Of a stretch of DNA of 64,000 nt, positions 63,896 through 64,000 are shown in pieces. The notes beneath the pieces are model-generated. The model was not told the DNA's origin. It searched no databases and saw only the letters and a program-made list of their open reading frames with translations. Position 1 is the first letter of the stretch. The number at the start of each line of letters is the position of its first letter. The DNA is taken from contig JAWBXB010000002.1 of assembly GCA_038868075.1 (NCBI GenBank), forward strand, positions 7,375 through 71,374. Reading direction: 5' to 3'. The position numbers and the translations under genes are program-made. The DNA is from Candidatus Bathyarchaeia archaeon. Its GTDB lineage: Archaea; Thermoproteota; Bathyarchaeia; Bathyarchaeales; DTEX01.

Positions 63896-64000
63896 TTATT
63901 TCTTTTTTAAAAGGATGAATGAGATTAAGAAGATCGCAACAACTATAAGCATTGTTGAAATATAAAAGGCTGGTAAGTATGATCCCTGAAGCTCACGGAA
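63896..64000 (-). CDS. C-terminal fragment of a membrane-anchored protein entering from beyond the window
   Basis: Own translation gives ...FRELQGSYLPAFYISTMLIVVAIFLISFILLKKK*, a terminal TM helix followed by a lysine stop-transfer. Confidence 0.35.
   Translation of the reverse strand, partial: FRELQGSYLPAFYISTMLIVVAIFLISFILLKKK

Overview
This is a gene-dense, AT-rich archaeal chromosomal segment with about 65 protein genes and 2 tRNA genes. No rRNA, CRISPR array or intact mobile element is visible. The lineage call, TACK/Thermoproteota-like and possibly Bathyarchaeia-like, is inference from three observations: multi-intron tRNAs, a BHB intron inside cbf5, and H4MPT C1 genes next to MetF/MetV.

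Recognisable content:
- C1 and redox metabolism: fwdB, fwdD, ftr and a polyferredoxin; nfnAB; metV-metF; mtd.
- Archaeal-type mevalonate pathway: split aconitase-X dehydratase converging on a UbiD-family decarboxylase operon.
- Information processing: radB, a frameshifted nth, a Clp1-type kinase, rpl14e, cbf5, an unannotated rpl41e micro-ORF, trm5, gatB, an EF-2 homologue and dph6.
- Lipid synthesis: carS.
- Transport and catabolism: a Liv-type ABC amino-acid transporter with DapA-like and OCD-like enzymes, a GH2 beta-galactosidase, and several orphan proteins.

Most noteworthy:
1. A 909-aa protein fuses two classical AAA+ modules to a Lon protease domain. Its start is overlapped by the end of a small membrane-protein gene.
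2. The EF-2 homologue has Gln in place of the diphthamide-acceptor His. A dph6-like gene lies 1.3 kb away and is itself coupled to a Cys-less GATase-like ORF.
3. A 37-nt bulge-helix-bulge intron splits the catalytic Asp codon of cbf5.
4. tRNA-Ser(GGA) carries three introns, one with a textbook 4-3-4-3-4 BHB.
5. A GC-rich island of decayed gene fragments lies directly downstream of that tRNA.

All calls rest on reading the translations and hand-folding. No database search was run.
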